This document shows positions 22,483 to 32,380 of a stretch of 64,000 bases of DNA, piece by piece. The number at the start of each line of letters is the position of its first letter. The first letter of the stretch is position 1. The notes beneath the pieces were generated by a model. It worked only from the letters and a program-made list of their open reading frames with translations, was not told where the DNA came from and did not search any database. The stretch spans positions 1,302,001 through 1,366,000 of the forward strand of contig NZ_CP134949.1 in the NCBI RefSeq assembly GCF_032116555.1, given 5' to 3'. The translations under genes were made by a program, and so were the position numbers. The DNA comes from Halorarum halobium (GTDB lineage Archaea > Halobacteriota > Halobacteria > Halobacteriales > Haloferacaceae).

Positions 22483-24030
22483 TCACTCCTTCGCCCGGAG
22501 CGTCCCGCCGCCCAGCCCCTCCCACTCGACGCGATAGCCGAGACGCGAGAGCGCCGCGCTCGCGTCGGCCAGCCCGTATGAATCGAGCGCGTCTTCCGCG
22601 TCGGCGTAGGCCATCCCGGGCTCAAGCGCATCCGCGACCGCCTCCAGCACCGCGGGCCGCACGAGGCTGCCGCCGACACGCTCGTGCTCCGGGAACGAAA
22701 CCCCGTCGAGCGCGTCCCGGGGGACGCCGTGTTCGGCGGCGACCTCGTCGAGAGCGACCGCGTCGTCGTCCGGTGCGAGCACGCCCGGGAGGTCTGCAGT
22801 CACGGCGGCTTCGAGCTCGGATTCGTACTCCCGTAGCGCGTCCACCACGTCCTTGACCCGGACGGTCCCCGAGTAGGGGATCGCTCGATGGTCGCGAGCC
22901 TCGATGGCCTCGCCGACCCCGAGCGACTCGTCGACCGCGACGACGAGTTCGACGTCCTCGACGCCCGCGAGCTGATCGAGCTTCTTCTCGACGTACTCGG
23001 GCGTCCAGAACCCCATCACCTCGAAGAAGACGCGGAAGTCGGCGTGCCGGTACTCGAAGGAGAAGTCGGGGATCATCACTCGCGCCCCCACCTCGGCGAA
23101 GTCACCGGGGCCGCCTCGGGCACCGACCTCCAGCGGTTCCGGCTCGCGGACGAGCGTCCAGTCCAGGTCAAGCGCGCGGAACCGCGCGGCGAAGTCGGCC
23201 TCGACGCCGGAGTCGAACGCCGGCTCCGCGAGCGGCTCGGTGCCCGGATCGGACACGTCGGCGTCGCTCAACCGGAGCTCCCGTTCCGTGCCCCGGTCGT
23301 CGATGGTCGCGGTCAGCTCCCAGTCGGCCGTGCTCGCGGCGACCGTCCCGAGGAGGCTGGCGAACGCGGTTCCGTAGCGCCGCCCGCGACGGAACAGCGC
23401 GTCCGGTCCGGTGAGGACGAATTCCCGACCCCCGTCGGTCCTCACGACCTCGTACAGGAGCCCGAGCCGTTTCGCGGCGGACACGAGCGTCTTCGGATCA
23501 GCCGAGCGGAGCCGAACCTCGACGGCGTCGAACAGCGCGGTCTGTGCGAGCGAGAGGTCGTACTGCTCGCACAGCGTCTCCGGGTCCCACCGCGGTTCGA
23601 ACGCGACGAGGACCCGTTCGGGCTCGCGGTCGGCCGACAGCGACGACTCGACCGCCTCGGCGTCCGTGCCGAGCCGATCCCCGGCAGCGGAGAGCGCTTG
23701 CTCTCGTTCGGTCTCGCTCGCGACGCCGACCCGTTCGGCGGCGGCGAACGCGGCCCGCCTGGCCCGTTCGGGTGGGAGCGGCGACCTGGTCTCGAAGGTG
23801 GCCTCCCGCTCCAGCAGCGCGGCGAACCCCCGGACGAGCTTGAAGTCGGGGGCGTCCCGTTCGAGGTCGGTGAGCGCGGCCTCCAGCGCCCGCCGGGGCT
23901 CGCCCACGTGACCCTGGTAAGTGCCGACGACCCTGGCGGCGAGGTCGACTGCCGCCCCGTCGTCGGCGACGAACTCGGGTCGGTAGCCGCCGCCGCGACG
24001 GGAGACGCGCAGGAGATCCTTGCGCAGCAC
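22483..24030 (-). CDS. DUF790-family protein (Bax1-like endonuclease)
   Basis: GTG start VLRKDLLR; YDLSLAQTALF, FDSGVEADFA, REPEPL, MIPDF, FEVMGFWTPEYVEKK (PD-(D/E)xK-like). Confidence 0.88.
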   Translation of the reverse strand: MLRKDLLRVSRRGGGYRPEFVADDGAAVDLAARVVGTYQGHVGEPRRALEAALTDLERDAPDFKLVRGFAALLEREATFETRSPLPPERARRAAFAAAERVGVASETEREQALSAAGDRLGTDAEAVESSLSADREPERVLVAFEPRWDPETLCEQYDLSLAQTALFDAVEVRLRSADPKTLVSAAKRLGLLYEVVRTDGGREFVLTGPDALFRRGRRYGTAFASLLGTVAASTADWELTATIDDRGTERELRLSDADVSDPGTEPLAEPAFDSGVEADFAARFRALDLDWTLVREPEPLEVGARGGPGDFAEVGARVMIPDFSFEYRHADFRVFFEVMGFWTPEYVEKKLDQLAGVEDVELVVAVDESLGVGEAIEARDHRAIPYSGTVRVKDVVDALREYESELEAAVTADLPGVLAPDDDAVALDEVAAEHGVPRDALDGVSFPEHERVGGSLVRPAVLEAVADALEPGMAYADAEDALDSYGLADASAALSRLGYRVEWEGLGGGTLRAKE

Positions 24031-24139
24031 GCCCGACCCTTCCGGGTCCGCGGGTAAAATCGCGCCGGTGGGGGCGGGACGGGTCCGCAGGTCGCTCCGG
24101 ATGGACAAGGCTCATACGGGATGGGCATGAGGCCCGGAC

Positions 24140-24523
24140 ATGGAGCGTCGGGGAGTCCTCGTCGGCATCGCGGGCCTGGTCGCTGGGACGGGCTGTACGG
24201 AGTCGACCCAGCCGTCGGGTCCCCGAACCCCGCCGCGGTCGCCCGTCCCGACCGAGCCGCCGGCGACGGGGCTCGTCATCGCCGGGATCGCCGACGAGGC
24301 GGCCGAGGACGGGACGCTGCTGCTCCGGGTCACCGTCGAGAACCGGTCCGGGGAGTCCCAGTCCGGGACCGTCGTCGCCGACGTGCAGGCCGGGGACGAG
24401 GAGAGCACCGTTTCGCAGTCGGTGACCGTCGAGCCCGACGGCCAACTGGAGGTCGAACTCGAGACGGGTCTCGAGTACGAGGCGTTCTCCGGAAACGGCT
24501 CGCTGAGCGTCGACGTGCAGTGA
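24140..24523 (+). CDS. Putative Tat lipoprotein, hypothetical
   Basis: MERRGVL twin-arginine start, AGTGC lipobox-like motif, Pro/Thr linker and beta-rich C-terminal domain. Confidence 0.7.
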   Translation: MERRGVLVGIAGLVAGTGCTESTQPSGPRTPPRSPVPTEPPATGLVIAGIADEAAEDGTLLLRVTVENRSGESQSGTVVADVQAGDEESTVSQSVTVEPDGQLEVELETGLEYEAFSGNGSLSVDVQ

Positions 24524-24573
24524 GGACTGTCGGCGTCGTCCCGTCGAGCCGTCCCGGTCGTCGGTCCTGGCGG

Positions 24574-25926
24574 TTACCGCCGGCGGTCCGCCACCCGCTC
24601 CTCGGCGGTTTCGCTCGTCACGAGTTCGTACAGGACCGCCCGTTTTTCGCCGTCGCTTCCGGGCCGCAACAGCCTGCCGAGCCGCTGTGTGAACTGCCGT
24701 TCCGAGCCGGTGCCCGAGATGACGACGCCGACGCTGGCGTCCGGCACGTCGACGCCCTCGTCGAGCACGTTCGCGGAGACGACCCTCGTGTACTCGCCGT
24801 CACGGAACTTACCGAGGATTTCGCGGCGCTCGGCGGCGCCGGTCTCGCCCGTGATCGCCGGAAGCAGGAACCGTTCGGAGAGCCGATACACGAGGTCGGT
24901 GTGGGCCGTGAACACGATGACCCGCTCGTCGCGGTGACGTTCCAGGATGCGTTCGAGTTCCGTCACCTTCGCGTCGGCGTTCATCATCACCTCGCGTGCG
25001 CGCTGTTTCGCGAGCAGCGCCTCGCGCGCCCGGGGGTCGTTGCCCGAGCGGTACACCAGCTCCTGATAGTCGCTCCCCGAGGAGAACGTGATCCCCGCAT
25101 CGCGGACGTACTCCACGAACGTTCCCTGCTCTCGCTCGTACTCCTCGCGCTCCGATTCGGAGAGCCGTACCTCGATTCTCCGCACGTCGTACTCCGCGAG
25201 GTGCTCCCCGGAGAGGGCGTCGACGTCGCGCTCGAACACCACCGGACCGACGAGGTCGGCGACCGTCTCGTGTGCGCCGTCGGGCCGCTCGAACGTCGCG
25301 GTCAGCCCGAGCCGTGCCGGCGCGGCGAACAGGCGGGCGACGTCGCGATACCCCTCGCCGCCGAGGTGGTGGACCTCGTCGAACACGATCAGGCCGAAGT
25401 CGCCGCCGACGTCCTCGGCGCGGAGGTACGCCGAATCGTACGTCGCCACCGTCAGCGCCGCCGCGCGCTGCTCGCCGCCACCGAACTGGCCGACCGGCAC
25501 GCCGAACTCCGATTCGAGTTCGCGTCGCCACTGTTCGAGCAGGTCGACCGTGGGAACGACGACCAGCGTCGGGACGCCGAGTTCCGCCATGGCCGCGAGC
25601 GCGAGCACCGTCTTCCCGCTCCCGGTCGGCAGTTCGACCACGCCCCGTTCGTCGTTCCCTCGCCAGGCCGCTAGAGCGGCTTCCTGGTACTCGCGGAGGT
25701 CATAGCGGAGCGAGAGTTCGAGCCGAGCGTCGGGGGCGACGCGGTCGTCCACGTCGGCCCCGCGGTCCCGGAGCGCGTCGCGGACCGCACGGTAGCGGCG
25801 TGCCGGAGCGCGGTGGCTCCCGGTGCGTGCGTCGCGTTCGACGCCGGGGAGCGAGGTCGGGTTGAGGTCGTCGCCGTCGCTGCTCACGACGACGGCGCCG
25901 TCCTCGAACCGCAGCGTGACCGTCAC
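24574..25926 (-). CDS. XPB/Rad25-like SF2 DNA helicase
   Basis: LREYQ, LPTGSGKT, DEVHH, LGLTATFER, LDEGVDVP, QRLGRLLR; GTG start at 25926. Confidence 0.92.
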   Translation of the reverse strand: MTVTLRFEDGAVVVSSDGDDLNPTSLPGVERDARTGSHRAPARRYRAVRDALRDRGADVDDRVAPDARLELSLRYDLREYQEAALAAWRGNDERGVVELPTGSGKTVLALAAMAELGVPTLVVVPTVDLLEQWRRELESEFGVPVGQFGGGEQRAAALTVATYDSAYLRAEDVGGDFGLIVFDEVHHLGGEGYRDVARLFAAPARLGLTATFERPDGAHETVADLVGPVVFERDVDALSGEHLAEYDVRRIEVRLSESEREEYEREQGTFVEYVRDAGITFSSGSDYQELVYRSGNDPRAREALLAKQRAREVMMNADAKVTELERILERHRDERVIVFTAHTDLVYRLSERFLLPAITGETGAAERREILGKFRDGEYTRVVSANVLDEGVDVPDASVGVVISGTGSERQFTQRLGRLLRPGSDGEKRAVLYELVTSETAEERVADRRR

Positions 25927-26040
25927 GGGGTTACGTAGTCGACGTCGGCGCTTATTCCCTCCGGGTGATTCGTACTCCTCTCGACTCCCGTGCTCGACCA
26001 CGTTCCGTCAGCCACCGCCGTTGATGCCAGCGAGAGCCGC

Positions 26041-26060
26041 GGCCCCTTTCAGTCCCACCC
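26041..26060. repeat. Fragment of the modular intergenic repeat (copy 3)
   Basis: GGCCCCTTTCAGTCCCACCC is identical to 5821-5840. Confidence 0.75.
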
Positions 26061-26175
26061 GGTGTGTGGACGGGTAGCGTCAGCGGGTGGAAGGCCGGAC
26101 TGCGTTCGCCTGCGGCGATTCGGCCTCGCCGCTCGCGGTCACAACACCCACGTACCGCCGGCCCGATGTCGGCCC

Positions 26176-26325
26176 ATGAGCAACGACGAAGCGGTCGAGG
26201 CGTTTCTGGAGGAGGCCGACGACGTGCTCGGCGAGTACGAGCAGGGATACATGGACGCTGACGCGGCGCTGTCGCGGCTGACCGGGAGCATCGAGGACCT
26301 GCGCGACGAGTACGACGAGCCGTGA
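26176..26325 (+). CDS. 49-aa acidic small protein
   Basis: MSNDEAVEAFLEEADDVLGEYEQGYMDADAALSRLTGSIEDLRDEYDEP; typical halophilic composition and codon use. Confidence 0.7.
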   Translation: MSNDEAVEAFLEEADDVLGEYEQGYMDADAALSRLTGSIEDLRDEYDEP

Positions 26326-26405
26326 TTCGAGCGGGGTCGACGGTCCGAACGACGCGCCGGGGTCGTGTGACAACACCTATCCCGGTTCGGTCCGGTCACC
26401 TCGAT

Positions 26406-27524
26406 ATGCCGAAGTTCTCCGACCGCGTGGAGGCGATCTCCATCAGCGGCATCCGCGAGGTGTTCGAGGCGGCCGGCGAGGACGCCATCAACCTGGGGCT
26501 CGGCCAGCCCGACTTCCCCACGCCGAGCCACGCGAAGGACGCGGCCGTCGCGGCCATCCGCGAGGGAAGCACGGACGCGTACACGTCCAACAAGGGGACG
26601 CTGGCGCTCCGCGAGGCGATCGCGGCCAAACACGAGCGCGACCAGGGCGTGACGGTCGATCCCGGCGACCTCATCGCGACCTCCGGCGGGTCCGAGGCGC
26701 TCCACCTCGCGCTCGAGGCACACGTCGACGTCGGCGAGGAGGTCGTCATCCCGGACCCGGGGTTCGTGAGCTACGACGCGCTGACGAAACTCGCCGGGGG
26801 CGAGCCGGTGCCCGTCCCGCTCCGCGAGGATCTCACCCTCGATCCCGCGACCGTCGAGGCGGCCATCACCGACGACACCGCCGCGTTCGTCGTCAACTCG
26901 CCCGCGAACCCGACGGGCACCGTCGCGAGCGAGGACGACGTCAGGGAGTTCGCGCGGATCGCCCGCGAGCACGACGTCCTCTGTCTCTCCGACGAGGTGT
27001 ACGAGCACTTCGTCTTCGAGGGGGCCCACCACTCGCCCCTGGAGTACGAGCGCGAGAACGTCGTCGTCGTGAACGCCTGCTCGAAGGCGTACTCGATGAC
27101 CGGCTGGCGGCTCGGCTGGGTCACGGGCGCGACCGACCGGATCGAACGCATGCTCAGGGTCCACCAGTACGCCCAGGCGTGCGCGTCGGCGCCGGCCCAG
27201 TTCGCCGCCGAGGCGGCGCTGTCGGGCCCACAGGACGTGGTGGGTGAGATGCGCGACTCGTTCGAGCGCAGGCGCGACGTCGTCCTCGAGGGGCTCGCCG
27301 ACGCGGGGCTCGACTGTCCGACGCCCCAGGGTGCCTTCTACGCGATGCCCGAGGTACCCGACGGGTTCGTCGACGAGTGCATCGACCGCGGCGTCGTCGT
27401 CGTCCCCGGCGGCGCGTTCGGCGAACACGGCGAGGGCTACGCGCGCATCTCGTACGCGACCGACGAGGACGTCCTCCGCGAGGCGCTCGGGATCATGGCG
27501 GACGCCGCGGCTGCGGTTCGCTGA
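26406..27524 (+). CDS. PLP-dependent class I/II aminotransferase
   Basis: INLGLGQPDF, NSPANPTG, SDEVY, SKAYSMTGWRLG. Confidence 0.95.
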   Translation: MPKFSDRVEAISISGIREVFEAAGEDAINLGLGQPDFPTPSHAKDAAVAAIREGSTDAYTSNKGTLALREAIAAKHERDQGVTVDPGDLIATSGGSEALHLALEAHVDVGEEVVIPDPGFVSYDALTKLAGGEPVPVPLREDLTLDPATVEAAITDDTAAFVVNSPANPTGTVASEDDVREFARIAREHDVLCLSDEVYEHFVFEGAHHSPLEYERENVVVVNACSKAYSMTGWRLGWVTGATDRIERMLRVHQYAQACASAPAQFAAEAALSGPQDVVGEMRDSFERRRDVVLEGLADAGLDCPTPQGAFYAMPEVPDGFVDECIDRGVVVVPGGAFGEHGEGYARISYATDEDVLREALGIMADAAAAVR

Positions 27525-27570
27525 GCGACGCTGACTCCGTTCGAGGCGGTCCGTGTCCCGGCGACGGGCG

Positions 27571-28314
27571 TTACTGGAACATCCCGGTTACCGACGCGCG
27601 CGACTGGTCGCCATCGCTCGCCTGCTGGATGCGCTGGGCGAGTTGCCGGCGCCGGTCCATGATCTCCTCGGCGCTCTCGACCAGCGGGTCGGTGTCGACG
27701 TCGACGCCCGCGAGCGGAGCGATCCCGTCCCGCACGAGCACGTGTGCGCCTTCCGGGTCGGGGAACTTCGGCGTCGTCTCCACGATGAGCCCGCACGCGT
27801 CGCGGTCGCGGTCCTTGGCCGCGCTCAACAGCGCGCCTGCGGGACCCTGGATCAGTCCGTCCGCGGCCGGCGCCGAGACGTCCACCTCGTCGAGCAACCC
27901 GCCAGCTTCCCCGGTGGCGACGCCGTACAGCTCCGGGACGTCTTCGGGTTCGCGCTGGGTCGGAAGCCCGCTCAGGTACAGCGGCGTCGCGCCGATCTCG
28001 TCCATCCAGTCCGACAGCGCTCCCGCGAGACCGTCGGCGTCGATGGCCTCGATGGGCACGTCGCCGACGAGCACGATGACGTCGTTCGACTCGTCGACGA
28101 ACAGCCTGACGGGCGAGTGCAGGGTCCGGTCGTCCTCGGTGAAGGCGGCCGCGGAGGGGAGTTCCTCACCCCGGAGTTCGCCGAAGTACCTGGTGTCGAG
28201 TTGCTCCCTGACGTGGTCGGCGGCGATCTTCCCGGCGAGGCCGACGCCGGGTAGTCCTTCCACGAGCACCGGATCGGAGAGCGAGGGGGCGAACTCCGTG
28301 CTGACCTCGAACAT
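27571..28314 (-). CDS. PAC2-family proteasome assembly chaperone (paralog 2)
   Basis: LVEGLPGVGLAGKIAADHV, GPAGALL, FPDP; C-terminus MFQ. Confidence 0.88.
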   Translation of the reverse strand: MFEVSTEFAPSLSDPVLVEGLPGVGLAGKIAADHVREQLDTRYFGELRGEELPSAAAFTEDDRTLHSPVRLFVDESNDVIVLVGDVPIEAIDADGLAGALSDWMDEIGATPLYLSGLPTQREPEDVPELYGVATGEAGGLLDEVDVSAPAADGLIQGPAGALLSAAKDRDRDACGLIVETTPKFPDPEGAHVLVRDGIAPLAGVDVDTDPLVESAEEIMDRRRQLAQRIQQASDGDQSRASVTGMFQ

Positions 28315-28359
28315 ACCGGAACACGGGTCGCCGGATGGGAAGGAGTAGTGGCCAGTTGG

Positions 28360-29541
28360 TCAGTTCGCCGTGCTGACGACCTTGATGACGTCGCCCTCCT
28401 CCAGCTCGTACTCCTCTCCGATTCGCCGCTCCGTCTTCGCATTGACCGCGTGGAGGTACCCCTCGCCGATGTCCGTGTGGACGGCGTAGGCGAGGTCCTT
28501 CGGGCCGCTCCCGCGCGGGAGGAGGAACGCGTCCGGCAGGACGTTATCGCGCGCGTCGGTCCAGTGGGTCTCGTTCTGGACGGGGTAGGCCGTGATGCGG
28601 TCGAGCAGGCCGTACACCGCCTCGTCGAGGGCCGTCTGGACGCCGGTGCCGCCGAACGCCGCCATCACCTCGCGGATCCGCTCTAACCCCTCGGCCTGCG
28701 CGTCGCTCACGTCGCCGAGCAGTTCGAAGTCCGCGTCGCCGGGGTCGTAGTCGAGAACGCCCGACTCCGCCGCGGATCGGAGCGCGAGTTCGCCGTCCGC
28801 GGTCGCGGGCACGACGGGTTTGTCGGTCTCGCGGAGCCGCTCGACGTTCCCCTCGGGTGCGATGTCGGCCTTGTTCGCCACCAGCACGATCGGTTTCGTC
28901 CGCGCGCGGACGTCCCGCGCGAGGCGTTCCCGGTGTTCGTCGGTCCACTGGATCGGATCCTCGGGGTATTCGATCCCCCGGAGGACCGCCGTCACGTCGT
29001 ACTCGGTGGCACCGAAGCCGGTCAGCAGGTCGGTCAGCGCCTCGTCGATGTCGAAGTCGGGGGAACGCGACTTGCGCTCGACCGACTCCCAGTTGCGCTC
29101 GACGATGCCCGCCAGCCACTGGTCCATCTCCTCCTCGACGAAGTCGGCCTCCTCGACCGGGTCGTACTCGCCGACCTCGACCGGTTCGCCCTCGGCGTTC
29201 GTCGCCCCGGCTGCGTCGATGACCTGGAGGATGACGTCCGCGTCCGTGAGCGCGTCGAGGAACTGGTTGCCCAGGCCCCGCCCCTCGTGTGCGCCCGGGA
29301 CGAGCCCCGCCACGTCGAGCAGTTCGACCGGAACGTAGCGCTTTCCGTCCCGGCAGTGCTCGTTGCCACAGCGCTCCTCGCGGTCGAGACAGGGGCAGTC
29401 GGTCCTGACGTGGGTCACGCCGCGGTTCGGGTCGATGGTCGTGAACGGGTAGTTGCCGACGTCCACGTCGGCCATCGTCGCGGCCTTGTAGAACGTGGAC
29501 TTGCCGGCGTTCGGCTTTCCCGCGAGCGCGACCGAGAGCAT
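28360..29541 (-). CDS. ychF: Redox-regulated ATPase YchF (archaeal OBG family)
   Basis: GKPNAGKST, NYPFTTIDPN, DVAGLVPGAHEGRGLGNQFL, ANKAD and a C-terminal TGS domain; start MLSVALA. Confidence 0.95.
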   Translation of the reverse strand: MLSVALAGKPNAGKSTFYKAATMADVDVGNYPFTTIDPNRGVTHVRTDCPCLDREERCGNEHCRDGKRYVPVELLDVAGLVPGAHEGRGLGNQFLDALTDADVILQVIDAAGATNAEGEPVEVGEYDPVEEADFVEEEMDQWLAGIVERNWESVERKSRSPDFDIDEALTDLLTGFGATEYDVTAVLRGIEYPEDPIQWTDEHRERLARDVRARTKPIVLVANKADIAPEGNVERLRETDKPVVPATADGELALRSAAESGVLDYDPGDADFELLGDVSDAQAEGLERIREVMAAFGGTGVQTALDEAVYGLLDRITAYPVQNETHWTDARDNVLPDAFLLPRGSGPKDLAYAVHTDIGEGYLHAVNAKTERRIGEEYELEEGDVIKVVSTAN

Positions 29542-29658
29542 ACCACGACGTAGGCCGCCGCCGCGAAAAGCACCTTTCGGTCCCGCTCCCGGTCGGCGGC
29601 TCCCGGGCCGCCAGTCCGAATCGAAATTCCCACTACGGCGGGTACTGAAACCGTCCTC

Positions 29659-29952
29659 GTGTTCCGTCCAGGTCGTCTCGGCCCCCGTTCGGGGACGCTG
29701 TTCCGCCCCGCAACGGCGCTCCTCGTGCTCATCTGCACGCCGGGGTCGGCGCTCGCACACCCCGGTCACGAGGGAGCGGCGACCGAGATCGAAACCTGGC
29801 TCGTCTACGGGTCGGTCCTGCTCGGCGGGGTCGTGATCGTCACGGCCGCCGGACTGAGCCGGGAACGAGTCCTCTCCCGGGAGCGTGCATTCGTGACCGG
29901 CGTCCTCGGAGCGCTGCTGCTCGCCGTGGGACTGTTCCAGTGGCTCACCTGA
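29659..29952 (+). CDS. Small membrane protein, hypothetical
   Basis: Signal-like segment ending ALAHPGH followed by two TM helices; start uncertain. Confidence 0.55.
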   Translation: MFRPGRLGPRSGTLFRPATALLVLICTPGSALAHPGHEGAATEIETWLVYGSVLLGGVVIVTAAGLSRERVLSRERAFVTGVLGALLLAVGLFQWLT

Positions 29953-30001
29953 ACCGGACGGGGTCGCCCGATCGGGTGGCCGCCCCGATCACTGGCCCCG
30001 A

Positions 30002-30367
30002 TCACTGCTCCTCGAACAGTTGTTCGACGGCCTCGGCCGTCTCTCCGGTCCGGGCGTACTCGATGGCGAGTTCGTGGACCGAGAACGCCGTCCCCTCGAA
30101 GGCGGGCAGCTCCCGTGCGGCGGCGTACGCCCGGAGCCAGTCGTTGAGCGCACCCTCCAGCAGCGAGCGCTCGACCGCGGACAGCCGGATTCCGTCACGA
30201 CAGCAGCGGACGTACTCAGTGAGGAGCGGTTCGATGCCCTCGGCGATCGCTTCCGCGGGCGTCGACTCCTCGGGGTCGAACGACTGGCACTGGTGACGCG
30301 AGGTCTCCGCGAGCGTGGTCACGGCTCGCCACCTGACCGAGCGCCCACCCTTCGCGTCGCCCTGCAT
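30002..30367 (-). CDS. Hypothetical protein
   Basis: Acidic helical ORF (EGIEPLLTEYVR..LEGALNDWLRAYA..FSVHELA); start MQGDAK inferred. Confidence 0.6.
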   Translation of the reverse strand: MQGDAKGGRSVRWRAVTTLAETSRHQCQSFDPEESTPAEAIAEGIEPLLTEYVRCCRDGIRLSAVERSLLEGALNDWLRAYAAARELPAFEGTAFSVHELAIEYARTGETAEAVEQLFEEQ

Positions 30368-30471
30368 ACTGGCGAGAGGCTGTGTTCCAGTGTCATAACT
30401 GTACGTGAAACGTCGCTGACTCGTCGCGCCGGAACTTCGACCTTTTACGTGCCCACGTCCAACGATCGAGC

Positions 30472-30666
30472 ATGACCGCGCTGTCGTTCGACGAGTCCGG
30501 CGTCGACGTCGTCCACGAGGGGACCGAGTTCCGGCTGGAGAAGGAACTGGTCGAGGACGCGACCGAGAAGTCCTACCTGGACGTGACCGACCACGAGGTG
30601 CTGAAGCTGATCGAGGAGCGGCCCGCGCTCTCGGGGGAACCGCGCCGGATCGGCGACATCCTGTAG
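30472..30666 (+). CDS. Small conserved haloarchaeal protein (DUF5800-like)
   Basis: MTALSFDESGVDVVHEGTEFRL..DVTDHEVLK..GEPRRIGDIL; family name recalled, not searched. Confidence 0.8.
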   Translation: MTALSFDESGVDVVHEGTEFRLEKELVEDATEKSYLDVTDHEVLKLIEERPALSGEPRRIGDIL

Positions 30667-30694
30667 CCGGCCCCGGGCACACTCGTCCGGGGGG

Positions 30695-31501
30695 TCAGGC
30701 GTCGACGGTCGGGAACGTCTCCCGGTGCAGGCGACCCGCGACCTCGTCCGCGAGCGTGCGGAGGTTCACCGTGTCGTCCCGGTTGTACGAGACGAGCGTC
30801 TCCAGGGCCCGGTCGTCGCCCCGCTCGTACTCGTGCCAGAGCCGGACTGCGTCGCGTCCGGTCAGCTCCGGGCCGTCGCGCCCGATGTCGAGTTCGCGCT
30901 CGATCGGCTTGAGCCCGCCAGTCAGGTTCAGCGTTCGGCAGGGGTACATCAGATCCAGATGTGGGGTTTCGACGGTCAGATCGAACGACGACTCCAGGAA
31001 GGGAGCGTCGAACCGTTTGCCGTTGAACGAGACGAGGAGGTCGGCTTTCTCGAACTGTTCACGAACGGCCTCGCCGGTCAGGTCCTCACCGCGCACCAGC
31101 GTCGTCGTCTCGCCGCCGGCGTCGCTCCTCGAGCCCGGTTCGCACGTGCCGAGTTCGGACGTGCCGGGTCGGTGGAAGGTGGCGGTCGTCACCCTGTCGC
31201 GGTGCTGTGAGAGCCCGGTCGTCTCGATGTCGAAAAAGCAGGCGGTCCCCCGGAAGTTCTCGTAGAGTCGCCACCGTTCCGCGCTCGGAAACGCGTCTTC
31301 GAAGAACGCGGAGTCGCCGTCGTCGAGCCGTTCCCGCGCCTCGTCGATGAACGACTCGATGCGGCCGGCCGTCGTGGCTCCGACCCCCCGGATGGTTCCG
31401 CCCGAGAACAGGTCCCACTCGGTTACGCCACTCTCCCACAGTCGGCGCTCGGTCGCCTCGCCGACCCCCTCGACCGGAATGAAGCTGTTCTCGATTCGCA
31501 T
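30695..31501 (-). CDS. YprB/RNase H-like exonuclease domain protein
   Basis: FFDIETTGL, SFNGKRFDAP, GGLKPIE, YNRDD (DEDD-like). Confidence 0.88.
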   Translation of the reverse strand: MRIENSFIPVEGVGEATERRLWESGVTEWDLFSGGTIRGVGATTAGRIESFIDEARERLDDGDSAFFEDAFPSAERWRLYENFRGTACFFDIETTGLSQHRDRVTTATFHRPGTSELGTCEPGSRSDAGGETTTLVRGEDLTGEAVREQFEKADLLVSFNGKRFDAPFLESSFDLTVETPHLDLMYPCRTLNLTGGLKPIERELDIGRDGPELTGRDAVRLWHEYERGDDRALETLVSYNRDDTVNLRTLADEVAGRLHRETFPTVDA

Positions 31502-31642
31502 CAGGTACTCCTGCGCACGCGGGGCGCGTCGGTGGTAGTCACTCGTCCGCTCTGGCTGGTAAACGTTCGGGACCCGAACCGCCCGCTGCCGACCGCGGTG
31601 CGCGGAATCGTTAACCCCGTTCCCACCCGACTATCACCCGTC

Positions 31643-32338
31643 ATGTGTGGCCGATTCTCGCTGTATCTGCCGCCGGCGGCTCTCGAATCCAGGTTCGAGG
31701 CGGAGCCCCCGGCGGACCTGCAGCCGCGGTACAACTGTGCGCCAGGCCAGTCGCTTCCGGTGCTCGCCGCCGACGACACCGGCCGGATGCGCCGGATGAA
31801 GTGGGGGTTCACCCCCTCGTGGGCCGACGAATCGTTCGACCTCATCAACGCGCGGGTCGAGACGGTCCGCGAGAAACGGAGTTTCACGGACGCCTACGAG
31901 TCACGCCGGTGTCTCGTTCCCGCCGACGGGTTCTACGAGTGGACACGGCGTGATGGCGGGAAATGGCCGTACCGGGTGTCGTTCGCGGACGACAGGCCGT
32001 TCGCGATGGCGGGTCTCTACGAGACGTGGACGCCGCCGACTCGCCAGGCGGGCATCGGCGAGTTCGGACGCGACGAACCCACGGGCGAGGAGCGGGTCGA
32101 AGCGTTCACCGTTCTGACGACCGAGCCGAACGACCTCGTCTCCGAACTGCACGACCGGATGGCGGTCGTCCTTCGCCCGGAACACGAGCGAGCCTGGCTG
32201 GATGGATTCCTCGATCACGAAACGCTGGCGACCCCGATCTCCGACGACGAGTTCCGGGCGTATCCGGTTTCGACCCGGGTGAACTCGCCCGCGAACGACG
32301 ACCCGTCGCTGGTCGAACCGGTCGAACTCGGTTCCTGA
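31643..32338 (+). CDS. SOS response-associated peptidase (SRAP/HMCES/YedK family)
   Basis: N-terminal MCGRF, RYNCAP, INARVET, RCLVPADGFYEW, HDRM, VSTRVN. Confidence 0.95.
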   Translation: MCGRFSLYLPPAALESRFEAEPPADLQPRYNCAPGQSLPVLAADDTGRMRRMKWGFTPSWADESFDLINARVETVREKRSFTDAYESRRCLVPADGFYEWTRRDGGKWPYRVSFADDRPFAMAGLYETWTPPTRQAGIGEFGRDEPTGEERVEAFTVLTTEPNDLVSELHDRMAVVLRPEHERAWLDGFLDHETLATPISDDEFRAYPVSTRVNSPANDDPSLVEPVELGS

Positions 32339-32380
32339 AGCGATTTTCGGCGGATTCGGCTGCACGGGCGGCCGCGCCTG

